NCBI GenBank assembly: GCA_963664195.1
Contig: OY760907.1
Span: 2,240,001 to 2,304,000 of the forward strand
Reading direction: 5' to 3'
Length of the DNA stretch: 64,000 nucleotides
From: an uncultured candidate division Zixibacteria bacterium
Lineage (GTDB): Bacteria; Zixibacteria; MSB-5A5; GN15; FEB-12
Part shown: positions 46,446 to 54,778 of the stretch, one piece after another
Layout of the letters: the number at the start of each line of letters is the position of its first letter
Position numbering within the stretch: position 1 is the stretch's first letter
The notes under the pieces: model-generated
What the model was told of the DNA's origin: nothing
What the model saw: the letters and a program-made list of their open reading frames with translations, nothing else
Databases searched by the model: none
Translations under genes and position numbers: made by a program

Positions 46446-47414
46446 ATGGACCGGATCGATAACCCGACGATCAAGCGACTGGCCCGTGAGGTCGGATTCG
46501 ACCTCTGTGGCGTAACGTTACCCGGTACGCCCCCCGAGGCAACCGACCGATACTGGCGATGGCTGGACAGGGGATACCACGGCGAAATGAGTTATCTCGC
46601 AAACGATCCGGCCCGTCGTTGTGACCCAACCCGGCTCATGCCGGAGGTTCGATCGGTCATTGTGCTCGGGTTGAACTACTACCAGGCCAATTCCGACGGT
46701 CCGCCGCCTGGGGGGCACGGGCGAGTGTCTCGGTATGCCCGTGGCCGGGACTATCACAAAGTGATCGAACGACTTGCGAAGCAATTGGTGGAGCGTATCA
46801 CGGTAGCTACGGAGCGGACCGAGGCTGCTTTCAAGTGGTTTGTCGATTACGGTCCTCTGTTGGAACGAGCGTACGCGGCAAAGGCGGGACTGGGGTTCAT
46901 CGGCAAGAACTCCGTGCTGATCAATCGTACGTACGGCTCCTGGCTGTTTCTGGCGGAGATCCTGACCTCGCTCGAGATTGAACCGGATGATGGGACTGCT
47001 GTTGACCACGGAGATTGCGCCGAATGCACGCTGTGTATCGACTCTTGTCCGACCGGGGCAATAGTGGCCGAGAAGACAATTGACTCGACGAAGTGTCTGT
47101 CGTATCTGACCGTAGAACGGCCGGGCGAAATCGGCGACGAGTCCGCTAGCCGGATGGGGAGTAACGTTTTCGGGTGCGATATCTGCCAGGAGGTCTGCCC
47201 GCTCAATTGCAAGGCAATCGCCACGGTCCACGGAGATCTGCTTCCGGAGGCCGGAGTGGGGGAGTTTGTTGACGCGCGCCGGGTTGTGTCAATGTCTACG
47301 AGGGAGCAGTTTCTTGAGTTGACCGCCGGAACTCCACTGACCCGGCCAAAGCTGGAGGGGCTTCGTCGATGCGCAGAAATCGTGCTGGAGAATGAGGGGC
47401 GGGATCGTGATTAG
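46446..47414 (+). CDS. queG: tRNA epoxyqueuosine(34) reductase
   Basis: 'GYHGEM.YL', 'SRYARGRDYH', 'VDYGPLLER', 'G.IGKN', ferredoxin 'CAECTLCIDSCPT' and 'GCDICQEVCP'. Confidence 0.93.
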   Translation: MDRIDNPTIKRLAREVGFDLCGVTLPGTPPEATDRYWRWLDRGYHGEMSYLANDPARRCDPTRLMPEVRSVIVLGLNYYQANSDGPPPGGHGRVSRYARGRDYHKVIERLAKQLVERITVATERTEAAFKWFVDYGPLLERAYAAKAGLGFIGKNSVLINRTYGSWLFLAEILTSLEIEPDDGTAVDHGDCAECTLCIDSCPTGAIVAEKTIDSTKCLSYLTVERPGEIGDESASRMGSNVFGCDICQEVCPLNCKAIATVHGDLLPEAGVGEFVDARRVVSMSTREQFLELTAGTPLTRPKLEGLRRCAEIVLENEGRDRD

Positions 47415-47512
47415 TGAGGCTCTTGTAGGCCGGACCCAAATAGACGTGCTTGCCCGCATATCTTCGTTTACGAAGCGGTCCTGCCATCGTCGCCGAAGGC
47501 GACACTCTTTCT

Positions 47513-47540
47513 GGCAGGTCTGAAGACAGACCTGCCCTGC
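47513..47540 (-). repeat. REP-like palindrome, second copy of the 43485 element
   Basis: Reverse complement GCAGGGCAGGTCTGTCTTCAGACCTGCC matches 43485-43512 at 26 of 28 positions. Confidence 0.7.
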
Positions 47541-47687
47541 GAAGGCCACTATGTCAGGAAGCAGTCAGGCGTCCCCGTCTGACTGCACGCAGTTGGCAGA
47601 CTCTCAGTGCGACTTCACGTCGAAAAACGAGACCCGCCGCGCGGGTTTTCCGTTGCTTTGGGCGGGAAAATGCATCATTTTGGCGGC

Positions 47688-48338
47688 ATGCCAAACTTGT
47701 CACCCTCGATTCTTGGGGCTGATTTCTCCCGACTGGGAGAGGAAATAGCCAGCGCAGAAGAAGCCGGCGTGTCGTACTTTCATCTCGACATCATGGACGG
47801 CCATTTTGTGCCGAATATCTCGTACGGTCCAGCAGTCGTCAAGACTATCGACCGTCTCACCGATCGGTTTCTCGACGTGCACCTGATGATCTCCGAGCCG
47901 GAGAGGTATTTCGATGATTTCGTGAAAGCCGGTGCCGATGCTATCACGTTCCATTTGGAGGCCCGCCCGGAGCCGATTAAATATGCCAAAGAGATCAAGG
48001 CGTTTGGTGTCGAGGCCGGGATTTCGATCAATCCGGATATGCCGGTGGAGAAGGTCCTGCCGTTTCTTGAGCATTTCGACTGGCTGTTGATCATGTCAGT
48101 ATTTCCGGGGTTTGGAGGCCAGAAATTCATTGTTGAATGTCTGGACAAGGTCAAGGCTGCCCGCAAGTACTTACAGGACAATGGACTCAGCACAAAGATT
48201 GCAATCGACGGCGGCGTTGACGCCTCGAACTACGCCGAAGTAGTCGATGCCGGGGCAGATTTGCTGGTGATGGGGACGGCGTTTTTTGGTGCGACGGATC
48301 GTGCCGCCTTAGTCAAGAAAATAGACGGACAAGCCTGA
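47688..48338 (+). CDS. rpe: Ribulose-phosphate 3-epimerase
   Basis: 'SPSILGADF', 'HLDIMDGHFVPN', 'DVHLM', 'MSVFPGFGGQ', 'DGGV'. Confidence 0.95.
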   Translation: MPNLSPSILGADFSRLGEEIASAEEAGVSYFHLDIMDGHFVPNISYGPAVVKTIDRLTDRFLDVHLMISEPERYFDDFVKAGADAITFHLEARPEPIKYAKEIKAFGVEAGISINPDMPVEKVLPFLEHFDWLLIMSVFPGFGGQKFIVECLDKVKAARKYLQDNGLSTKIAIDGGVDASNYAEVVDAGADLLVMGTAFFGATDRAALVKKIDGQA

Positions 48339-48358
48339 ACATAAAGTGAGGGGCTGAT

Positions 48359-50083
48359 ATGAAACAGGGATCGTTGCAGGTCAAAACAGGCAAGATTGAT
48401 GACGCCTACACGAAGGCACTCAAGAAGGCTACCAAAGCTGCGGTAATTCAGAACATTATGCAGCGTAAGCCGGCGGTATTCACCAAGTCGGCGAAAACCA
48501 GAAAACTGATCGCGAATCGCCTGGGGTGGGTGGATTCTGCCGTGAAAATGAAGCGGCAAGTCGGCGCTATTGAGAAGTTCGGCCAATCGGTGATCAAGTC
48601 CGGCATCGAGCACGTGGTGTTGATGGGAATGGGGGGATCTTCTCTGTGCCCCGACCTGATCGGCAAAATGCACCGCAACCGTGCCGGTTTGAAGTCATTC
48701 AACGTAATAGACTCCACTGATCCGGCGGCGGTAAGAGCGGTGGCGCGTAAGATTGAGCCGAAGAAAACGTTGTTCATCGTGGCTTCCAAATCCGGCGGCA
48801 CGGTGGAGACGCGTTCGCACGAGGCATTTTTTACCGGTTTGCTCAAAGAAAGCAACGTGAGAAATATCGGGCGGCATTTTGTTGCTATCACGGATCCGGG
48901 CAGCGGCCTTCAGAAGAATGCAAGGAGGCGCAAATATCGGAAGGCGTTTCTGAACCCTCCGGATATCGGCGGTCGATATTCCGCGCTGTCGTATTTTGGT
49001 CTGGTGCCGGCCTATTTCGCCGGGGCTGACATACGGGCGATAGTCGAGGATGCGGTTGCGTTCCAGAAACTGCTCAATGAGCGCGAAGGCGAAACCAATC
49101 CCGCATTGGTCCTTGGAACACTGATAGCGATAGCGGCAAAGGAAGGCCTTGACAAATTGACCTTTGTCGCCTCGAAGAAGACCGCGCCCCTGGTCCCGTG
49201 GATTGAACAGCTAGTCGCCGAATCGACCGGCAAGTCCGGCAAGGGCGTGGTGCCTGTTGACAACGAACCTCTCGGAAAGATCGAACAGTACAAGAAGGAC
49301 CGCCTGTTTGTTTTTCTGAAGATGACTGGGGAGAAGACCCCGGCCGAAGACCGTTTCAGAAAGTCCTTCGGCAGAAAGAAAACTTCCGTTGTCGATATAG
49401 AGTTTGGATCGAAGGCAGAGCTTGGTCGTCAGTTCCTGCTGTGGGAAGCTGCGACCGCAGTGGCCGGGTATCATCTCGGGATCAACCCGTTCGACGAGCC
49501 AAATGTCACCGAGAGCAAGAAGAACACCAATGCGATTTTGGCAGCGTTTGAGCGCTCAGGTGCGTTTCCGGATCAAGAGCCGCAGAAGAAGTGGGGCAAG
49601 CTGTCTCTGGTCGGATACGACAACGCACGGAAATACTCCCGCGCGCAAATGAACGATATCAGCACGTTCGTGAAGCGATTCCTTCAAGGGGGCAAACCGC
49701 CGAAGTATATTGCTATGTTGAACTACTTCAAGACGGACAGTCGCACCGAGGAAGCGCTAGAAAAGGCACGCAGACTAGTGCGTGACAAAACCGGCATGGC
49801 GACCCTTCGCGGGTACGGTCCCCGGTTCCTGCACTCCATAGGACAATTGTACAAGGGCGGTCCTCGCGACGGCATGTTTGTCGTGTTCGTGAAATCGAAC
49901 TACGGTCGTTTGGCTATCCCGGGACAGTTCTTTGACTTCGGTCAGCTTATCGCCGCACAGGCAATCGGTGATTCGCAGGCCCTGATGAACAGAGATTTGC
50001 CAACGTTGGTCATCGCTATCGACGGTAACCCCGCCGATGGTCTCGATGCATTTGTCTCGGCGGTTCGCCGGGCGCTCAAGTAA
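48359..50083 (+). CDS. pgi: Glucose-6-phosphate isomerase (related to the Pgi half of Tal-Pgi fusions)
   Basis: 'GMGGSSL', 'DSTDP', 'ASKSGGTVET', 'IGGRYSALS.FGL', 'EQLVAESTGK', 'NPFDEPNV..K', 'GPRFLHS.GQ..KGGP'. Confidence 0.87.
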   Translation: MKQGSLQVKTGKIDDAYTKALKKATKAAVIQNIMQRKPAVFTKSAKTRKLIANRLGWVDSAVKMKRQVGAIEKFGQSVIKSGIEHVVLMGMGGSSLCPDLIGKMHRNRAGLKSFNVIDSTDPAAVRAVARKIEPKKTLFIVASKSGGTVETRSHEAFFTGLLKESNVRNIGRHFVAITDPGSGLQKNARRRKYRKAFLNPPDIGGRYSALSYFGLVPAYFAGADIRAIVEDAVAFQKLLNEREGETNPALVLGTLIAIAAKEGLDKLTFVASKKTAPLVPWIEQLVAESTGKSGKGVVPVDNEPLGKIEQYKKDRLFVFLKMTGEKTPAEDRFRKSFGRKKTSVVDIEFGSKAELGRQFLLWEAATAVAGYHLGINPFDEPNVTESKKNTNAILAAFERSGAFPDQEPQKKWGKLSLVGYDNARKYSRAQMNDISTFVKRFLQGGKPPKYIAMLNYFKTDSRTEEALEKARRLVRDKTGMATLRGYGPRFLHSIGQLYKGGPRDGMFVVFVKSNYGRLAIPGQFFDFGQLIAAQAIGDSQALMNRDLPTLVIAIDGNPADGLDAFVSAVRRALK

Positions 50084-50096
50084 GGAAGGATAGGTA

Positions 50097-52031
50097 TTGC
50101 CGATGTTCGATGAATGGCGTGGATTCGCAGCACCGACACTCGCTCCGGAGTGGCACAAGAAACTGACAGAAATGGCGGCCAAGTCCCGTGCGGATATTCT
50201 CCGGATGACGACAGTCGCTGGTTCCGGGCACCCGGGCGGCTCAATGTCTTCGATTGAGGTTTTTCTGACCTTGTACAATCTGGCTAACGTTGACCCGACC
50301 GATCCGATGCGGGACGACCGCGACCGGATCATCGTTTCCCACGGTCACACCTCGCCGGGTGTGTATTCCGCCCTGGCAAGTGCCGGTTTTTTTGATATCG
50401 GTCACGCGCTGCATGGGTTCCGTCAGGCAGGATCGCCTTTTGAAGGCCATGTTGAACGCTGCGTTCCCGGAGTTGAATGGGATACCGGCAATCTCGGTCA
50501 GGGGCTTTCGGCCGGTGTCGGTCGCGCTATTTATGCCCGCTTGAAAAAGCTCGATTTTCACACGTATGTCGTCATGGGCGACGGTGAACAGCAGAAGGGG
50601 CAGATCAGCGAGGCACGTCGTCATGCGTTCAAATACGGGCTGACGAATCTCACCGCCATTATCGACTACAACCGGCTGCAAATCTCCGGCGACATCAGCG
50701 AAGTCATGCCGCAGAACTTGAAAGCAGAATGGGAAGCCGACGGTTGGAGAGTGATCGAAGTTGACGCACACGATCTTGATGCACTCTACAAAGCTATCCG
50801 CGAAGCGACAACAGACAGGAAGGCTCCGGTGATGATTCTGGCCTCATCGGTGATGGGCAAGGGCGTGTCGTTCATGGAGAACGACGAGGGATTCCATGGG
50901 GCGACGGTCAAACCGGATAAACTCGGCGAAGCTCTGACCGAACTGGGCGGATTCCCGAACAACTACGAAGAGTTGATCACGCGCCGCAAAATGGGTGCGC
51001 CACCGCACTTCGACATCAAGCGGTCTGGGCGACCGAAAGTCGAACCGGGCGAGTCGATTTACTATGGCCCTGAGGACAAATCCGACAATCGCGGTGCCTG
51101 GGGAAAGGCGTTGCTTTCGGTTGCCGATGCGAACATGAATCGCGACGGGTTCACTATGGCAGTATTCGATTGCGATCTTGCCGGGTCGGTGAAGACGGGG
51201 GCGTTTGGCAAGAAGTATCCGGATAATTTCTTCCAGTTCGGCATTTCCGAACACGGAACGGCGGTAACCGCCGGTTCGCTTTCGGTTGAGAATGCTATTT
51301 CGATCTGGGCCGCGTTTGGCGCGTTTGGTGTGGCTGAGACCTACAATCAGGCTCGTCTGACCGATATCAACGACGGTAACATGAAGCTGTTTTGTACGCA
51401 CTCCGGTGTGAATGTCGGCGAAGACGGAAAGACGCACCAGTGCATCGATTACTTTGGCCTGCTGAACTCTACCTACGGCTGGAAGGTCATAACTCCGGCT
51501 GATCCGAACCAGACCGACCGTATTGTGCGGTATGTGCTGGCGACTCCGGGCAATTTTGCAGTGATAATGGGGCGTGCGGTGATTCCGATCGTTCTCGATG
51601 AAAACGGGAAGCCGTTCTTTGGCGAGGGATACCAGTATCGACATGGCCGGATGGAGACGATTCGCAAAGGGGAGAAGCTGGCGCTCGTGGCAGCGGGAAA
51701 TATGCTCCCATACGCGGTTGAGGCCTGGCAGAAGCTGGCCGATGAAGGAAGACGAGTCACTCTGGTGTCCGTTTCCGATTGGTGCGATTTGCACGCTGAT
51801 GATCTCAGGATGCTCGGTGAGTACGATGAGATCGTAACGCTTGAGGATCACAACATCAAGACGGGGCTTGGTACCGCTATCGGTTCTGCCATGTTTGAGG
51901 CGGGCCTGTCGGCACACTTGACGAAGCTTGGCGTGGACAAGTACGCAGGCTCCGGCAAGCCGATGGACCTGTACCAGATGCTCGGTATCGATCCTGAATC
52001 TGTGGCGAAGAAAGTGAAATCGTTGCTGTAA
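50097..52031 (+). CDS. tkt: Transketolase
   Basis: 'GSGHPGGSMS', 'RDR..SHGH', 'TGNLGQG', TPP motif 'GDGEQQKGQ..N', 'GEDGKTHQ'. Confidence 0.93.
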   Translation: MPMFDEWRGFAAPTLAPEWHKKLTEMAAKSRADILRMTTVAGSGHPGGSMSSIEVFLTLYNLANVDPTDPMRDDRDRIIVSHGHTSPGVYSALASAGFFDIGHALHGFRQAGSPFEGHVERCVPGVEWDTGNLGQGLSAGVGRAIYARLKKLDFHTYVVMGDGEQQKGQISEARRHAFKYGLTNLTAIIDYNRLQISGDISEVMPQNLKAEWEADGWRVIEVDAHDLDALYKAIREATTDRKAPVMILASSVMGKGVSFMENDEGFHGATVKPDKLGEALTELGGFPNNYEELITRRKMGAPPHFDIKRSGRPKVEPGESIYYGPEDKSDNRGAWGKALLSVADANMNRDGFTMAVFDCDLAGSVKTGAFGKKYPDNFFQFGISEHGTAVTAGSLSVENAISIWAAFGAFGVAETYNQARLTDINDGNMKLFCTHSGVNVGEDGKTHQCIDYFGLLNSTYGWKVITPADPNQTDRIVRYVLATPGNFAVIMGRAVIPIVLDENGKPFFGEGYQYRHGRMETIRKGEKLALVAAGNMLPYAVEAWQKLADEGRRVTLVSVSDWCDLHADDLRMLGEYDEIVTLEDHNIKTGLGTAIGSAMFEAGLSAHLTKLGVDKYAGSGKPMDLYQMLGIDPESVAKKVKSLL

Positions 52032-52098
52032 AACCCGTCGTGTGTGAATACGTCGCTGGCTGGTGAGTATGCGGAGAAACGCAAAAGGAGAATTGTAC

Positions 52099-52422
52099 AT
52101 GCTTGTAACGACTACGCCTAATATCGAAGGCAAGGAAATCACGGCTTATTATGGTCTTGTTAGCGGAGAAGCTATTCTCGGCGCGAATATATTCAAAGAT
52201 ATCTTTGCTTCGATTCGTGACATTGTTGGCGGCCGGTCCCAGGCCTACGAACAGGAGCTTCAGAAGGCCAAGGATATCGCGCTCGCCGAGATGACAGCCA
52301 AAGCCCAGGCAATGGGCGCAAATGCCGTTATCGGGGTTGATCTTGATTACGAGACAATTGGAATGGGCAGCGGCAATATGTTGATGGTGAGCGCCAGCGG
52401 TACGGCTGTATCAATCAAATAG
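52099..52422 (+). CDS. YbjQ/UPF0145 putative heavy-metal-binding protein
   Basis: 'TTTPNIEG', '[19 protein letters not shown]', 'GANAVIGV', 'ASGTAV'. Confidence 0.9.
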   Translation: MLVTTTPNIEGKEITAYYGLVSGEAILGANIFKDIFASIRDIVGGRSQAYEQELQKAKDIALAEMTAKAQAMGANAVIGVDLDYETIGMGSGNMLMVSASGTAVSIK

Positions 52423-52705
52423 CCCTCTGGTTACTGAAACGGTTGAGCTTCCCTTTCGTATAAGTTAGCAGAATGCGAATTGTACGGCCGACCTTCAGTA
52501 GACGATCTGCAGAGCCAGGGGACATTTTGAAAGGAATAGCTTTTTCTGCCAGCTTCTGTCAGGTGTGTGGTTCTGTTCTGCGGCTGATTGAAGGCGATGA
52601 TGTTGATTCACACTCGACGAAAATTTTTTTCAGAATAGACGGACAATACCGATATTAATAGTGTAGACAAGAAGTCGCAATGACCGAGCTCTTTGAGGAA
52701 TACAG

Positions 52706-53677
52706 ATGACGGCTGTTCTTGCCGGGTACATAGGTGGCTCCAGGGTTGATCTGGCCCAGGTGCGCCGCAACAAAGGGCGTGTCTCGCTGGTGAATCAGGA
52801 GACCTTCCCGACGAGTGATTTCTCGAATTTCGATTCCATCTTGAAGCTGTACCTTAAGAAGCGCAAGACCGGAGTTGCCGCAGCCTGTTTTGGCGTGGCC
52901 GGTCCCGTTATTCGAGATCAGGTATCAGCCACCAATCTGTCCTGGCATATTGCAGGCGAAGACATTCAGAGGAAGTTTTCGTTCCCCCGCGTGAAATTAA
53001 TCAACGATATCGTGGCCACTGCTCACGGTCTTTCGGAGCTTGACTCGGAGAAGTTTTTTACGATCAACGAGGGACGCAAAAACGGTCACGGCAATATTGC
53101 GCTGATTGCAGCGGGCAGTGGTCTTGGTGAGGCCCTGATTTACAACGACGGCAAGAAATTCCATCCGTACGCTTCCGAGGGCGGCCACGCCGATTTTGCA
53201 CCGCACAACGAAATCGAGGGTGAACTCTGGGCCTACATCTTCAGCCAGCAGGGAAGAGTTGAGGTTGAAGATGTCGTCTCGCTCAGGGGGCTCGAGCGCA
53301 TCTATCAGTTCCTGGTCGATACACAAGGGGGAGTCAAGGCTGACTGGTATGACAATACCGAGGACAGGGTGTCTCTGATTGTCGAGAATGCGCTGTCGGG
53401 CAACGATGAAAACTCAATTGCCACCGTAGATGTGTTTATCGATTGCTACGCCTCGGAGGCAGCTAATCTCGTCTTGAAGGGAATGGCGCTGGGAGGAGTG
53501 TATATCGGGGGGATGATTGCGCCGAGGATCATCACGCTGCTTGAGAGCGGACGGTTCATGGAACGGTTCGTCAAACAGGGTAAAATGTCCCAGATGCTCA
53601 CTGATATGCCGGTGGGAGTGATAATCGAAGAAAAGACCGCCCTGCTCGGTGCGGCTGACGTTGCCACTGGTCTCTGA
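52706..53677 (+). CDS. glk: Glucokinase (E. coli Glk type)
   Basis: 'GVAGPV', 'TNL.W', 'LIND', 'G.GLGEA', 'SEGGHADFAP', 'GGVYIGG', 'F..F..GK'. Confidence 0.85.
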   Translation: MTAVLAGYIGGSRVDLAQVRRNKGRVSLVNQETFPTSDFSNFDSILKLYLKKRKTGVAAACFGVAGPVIRDQVSATNLSWHIAGEDIQRKFSFPRVKLINDIVATAHGLSELDSEKFFTINEGRKNGHGNIALIAAGSGLGEALIYNDGKKFHPYASEGGHADFAPHNEIEGELWAYIFSQQGRVEVEDVVSLRGLERIYQFLVDTQGGVKADWYDNTEDRVSLIVENALSGNDENSIATVDVFIDCYASEAANLVLKGMALGGVYIGGMIAPRIITLLESGRFMERFVKQGKMSQMLTDMPVGVIIEEKTALLGAADVATGL

Positions 53678-53682
53678 AGCTC

Positions 53683-54336
53683 ATGAAAGATTGTGTCCTC
53701 TTTTTGCCGGGGCGTTACGATCTTCGCCAAATCCCGTACTACAAAACCATCTGCAGAGACAGGTTCAAGATAGCCGTCGACGGCGGCTACAGCTTTTTTG
53801 CGAAGAGCGGTATTGTACCGGACCTGTTGCTGGGGGATTTTGATTCGTTAAGGAGACGCCCGAAGGGGCTTACTTCAAAAACCGAAGTCCTCACTTTTTC
53901 GCGAGACAAAGACAAGACCGACACGCATCTGGCCTTGGATTATTGTCTGGAGGCTGGGGCGCAACGGATCGACATCGTTCAGACGATGGTCGGCGAACCG
54001 GATCATTTCACGGCCAATCTGCTGCTTATGCCGGTAGTGCGGGATAGCCGCACCGACGAGTACTCTCCGAGTGTTCGATTGATTAACCACAAGAGCGAAA
54101 TCAGGTATGTTCGGGATGGGTGCGTGTCATATCGCAAAGCTGTGGGGGATCGGTTGTCGGTGATTCCGTTGTCGTCCGGTATCAAGCTGACGACACATGG
54201 AACTGCTTTTGATGTCAGTGGGTTGAGGGTCAGACGTGGGGAGACGGTATCGGCAAGAAACCGGATCGTTGAGGGTGAGGCATCGGTGGAAATCGGGGGG
54301 GAGGCGTTCGTTTTTCGCTTGTTTGGGCGTTGGTGA
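53683..54336 (+). CDS. thiN: Thiamine diphosphokinase
   Basis: 'IAVDGG', 'PDLLLGDFDS', 'DKDKTDT.LAL', 'DH..AN'. Confidence 0.85.
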   Translation: MKDCVLFLPGRYDLRQIPYYKTICRDRFKIAVDGGYSFFAKSGIVPDLLLGDFDSLRRRPKGLTSKTEVLTFSRDKDKTDTHLALDYCLEAGAQRIDIVQTMVGEPDHFTANLLLMPVVRDSRTDEYSPSVRLINHKSEIRYVRDGCVSYRKAVGDRLSVIPLSSGIKLTTHGTAFDVSGLRVRRGETVSARNRIVEGEASVEIGGEAFVFRLFGRW

Positions 54337-54414
54337 GGGGTCGACGTGTTGATAACACTGCGACAATACTCAGAAATCGGAAGAAAAAGAGTGATTTTGG
54401 ATACCGGTTCCGGC

Positions 54415-54442
54415 TTGACACCGCATTCAGATTGTGTATATT
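54415..54442 (+). promoter_or_regulatory. Putative sigma70 promoter of tRNA-Gln
   Basis: TTGACA-N16-TATATT about 57 bp upstream of the tRNA. Confidence 0.6.
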
Positions 54443-54499
54443 CACAGCCGTTCACGAGGTGAACGATATTGGTCTTTGGACCGATAAGATTATTGATAC

Positions 54500-54570
54500 T
54501 GGGAGATCGTCCAACGGCAGGACATGCGGCTCTGGACCGTAGTATCGGGGTTCGAATCCCTGTCTCCCAG
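54500..54570 (+). tRNA. tRNA-Gln (anticodon CTG), CCA not encoded
   Basis: Acceptor stem tgggaga/tctccca plus G discriminator, D-arm gtcc..ggac, anticodon arm tgcgg-CTCTGGA-ccgta, T-loop GGTTCGAATCC. Confidence 0.93.
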
Positions 54571-54778
54571 CTTTTTTTGTGGGTCGCCGATCGGCGGCCT
54601 TTTTTGGCTTCTGGGGGAAACGGACGGTTCACGAACGCTTTGAATAGGGGCAGACGACACGTCTGACGGCCAAAGTGAATTCCCGTGGGTTTGTGCCCCC
54701 GCGGCCGGACCGTGATGATGGGAAGCAGATTGCAGCTGTTTCTTTCCGGAACTGCCGTAAACTCTCCTCCCAGGTGAG

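Noticed and set aside
50844..52142. Long antisense ORFs (432 aa here; also 1411-2346, 2922-3917, 4527-5642, 11280-12167, 54911-55819)
   Set aside because: They lie opposite well-supported genes and have no recognisable motifs; typical shadow ORFs of GC-rich coding DNA.
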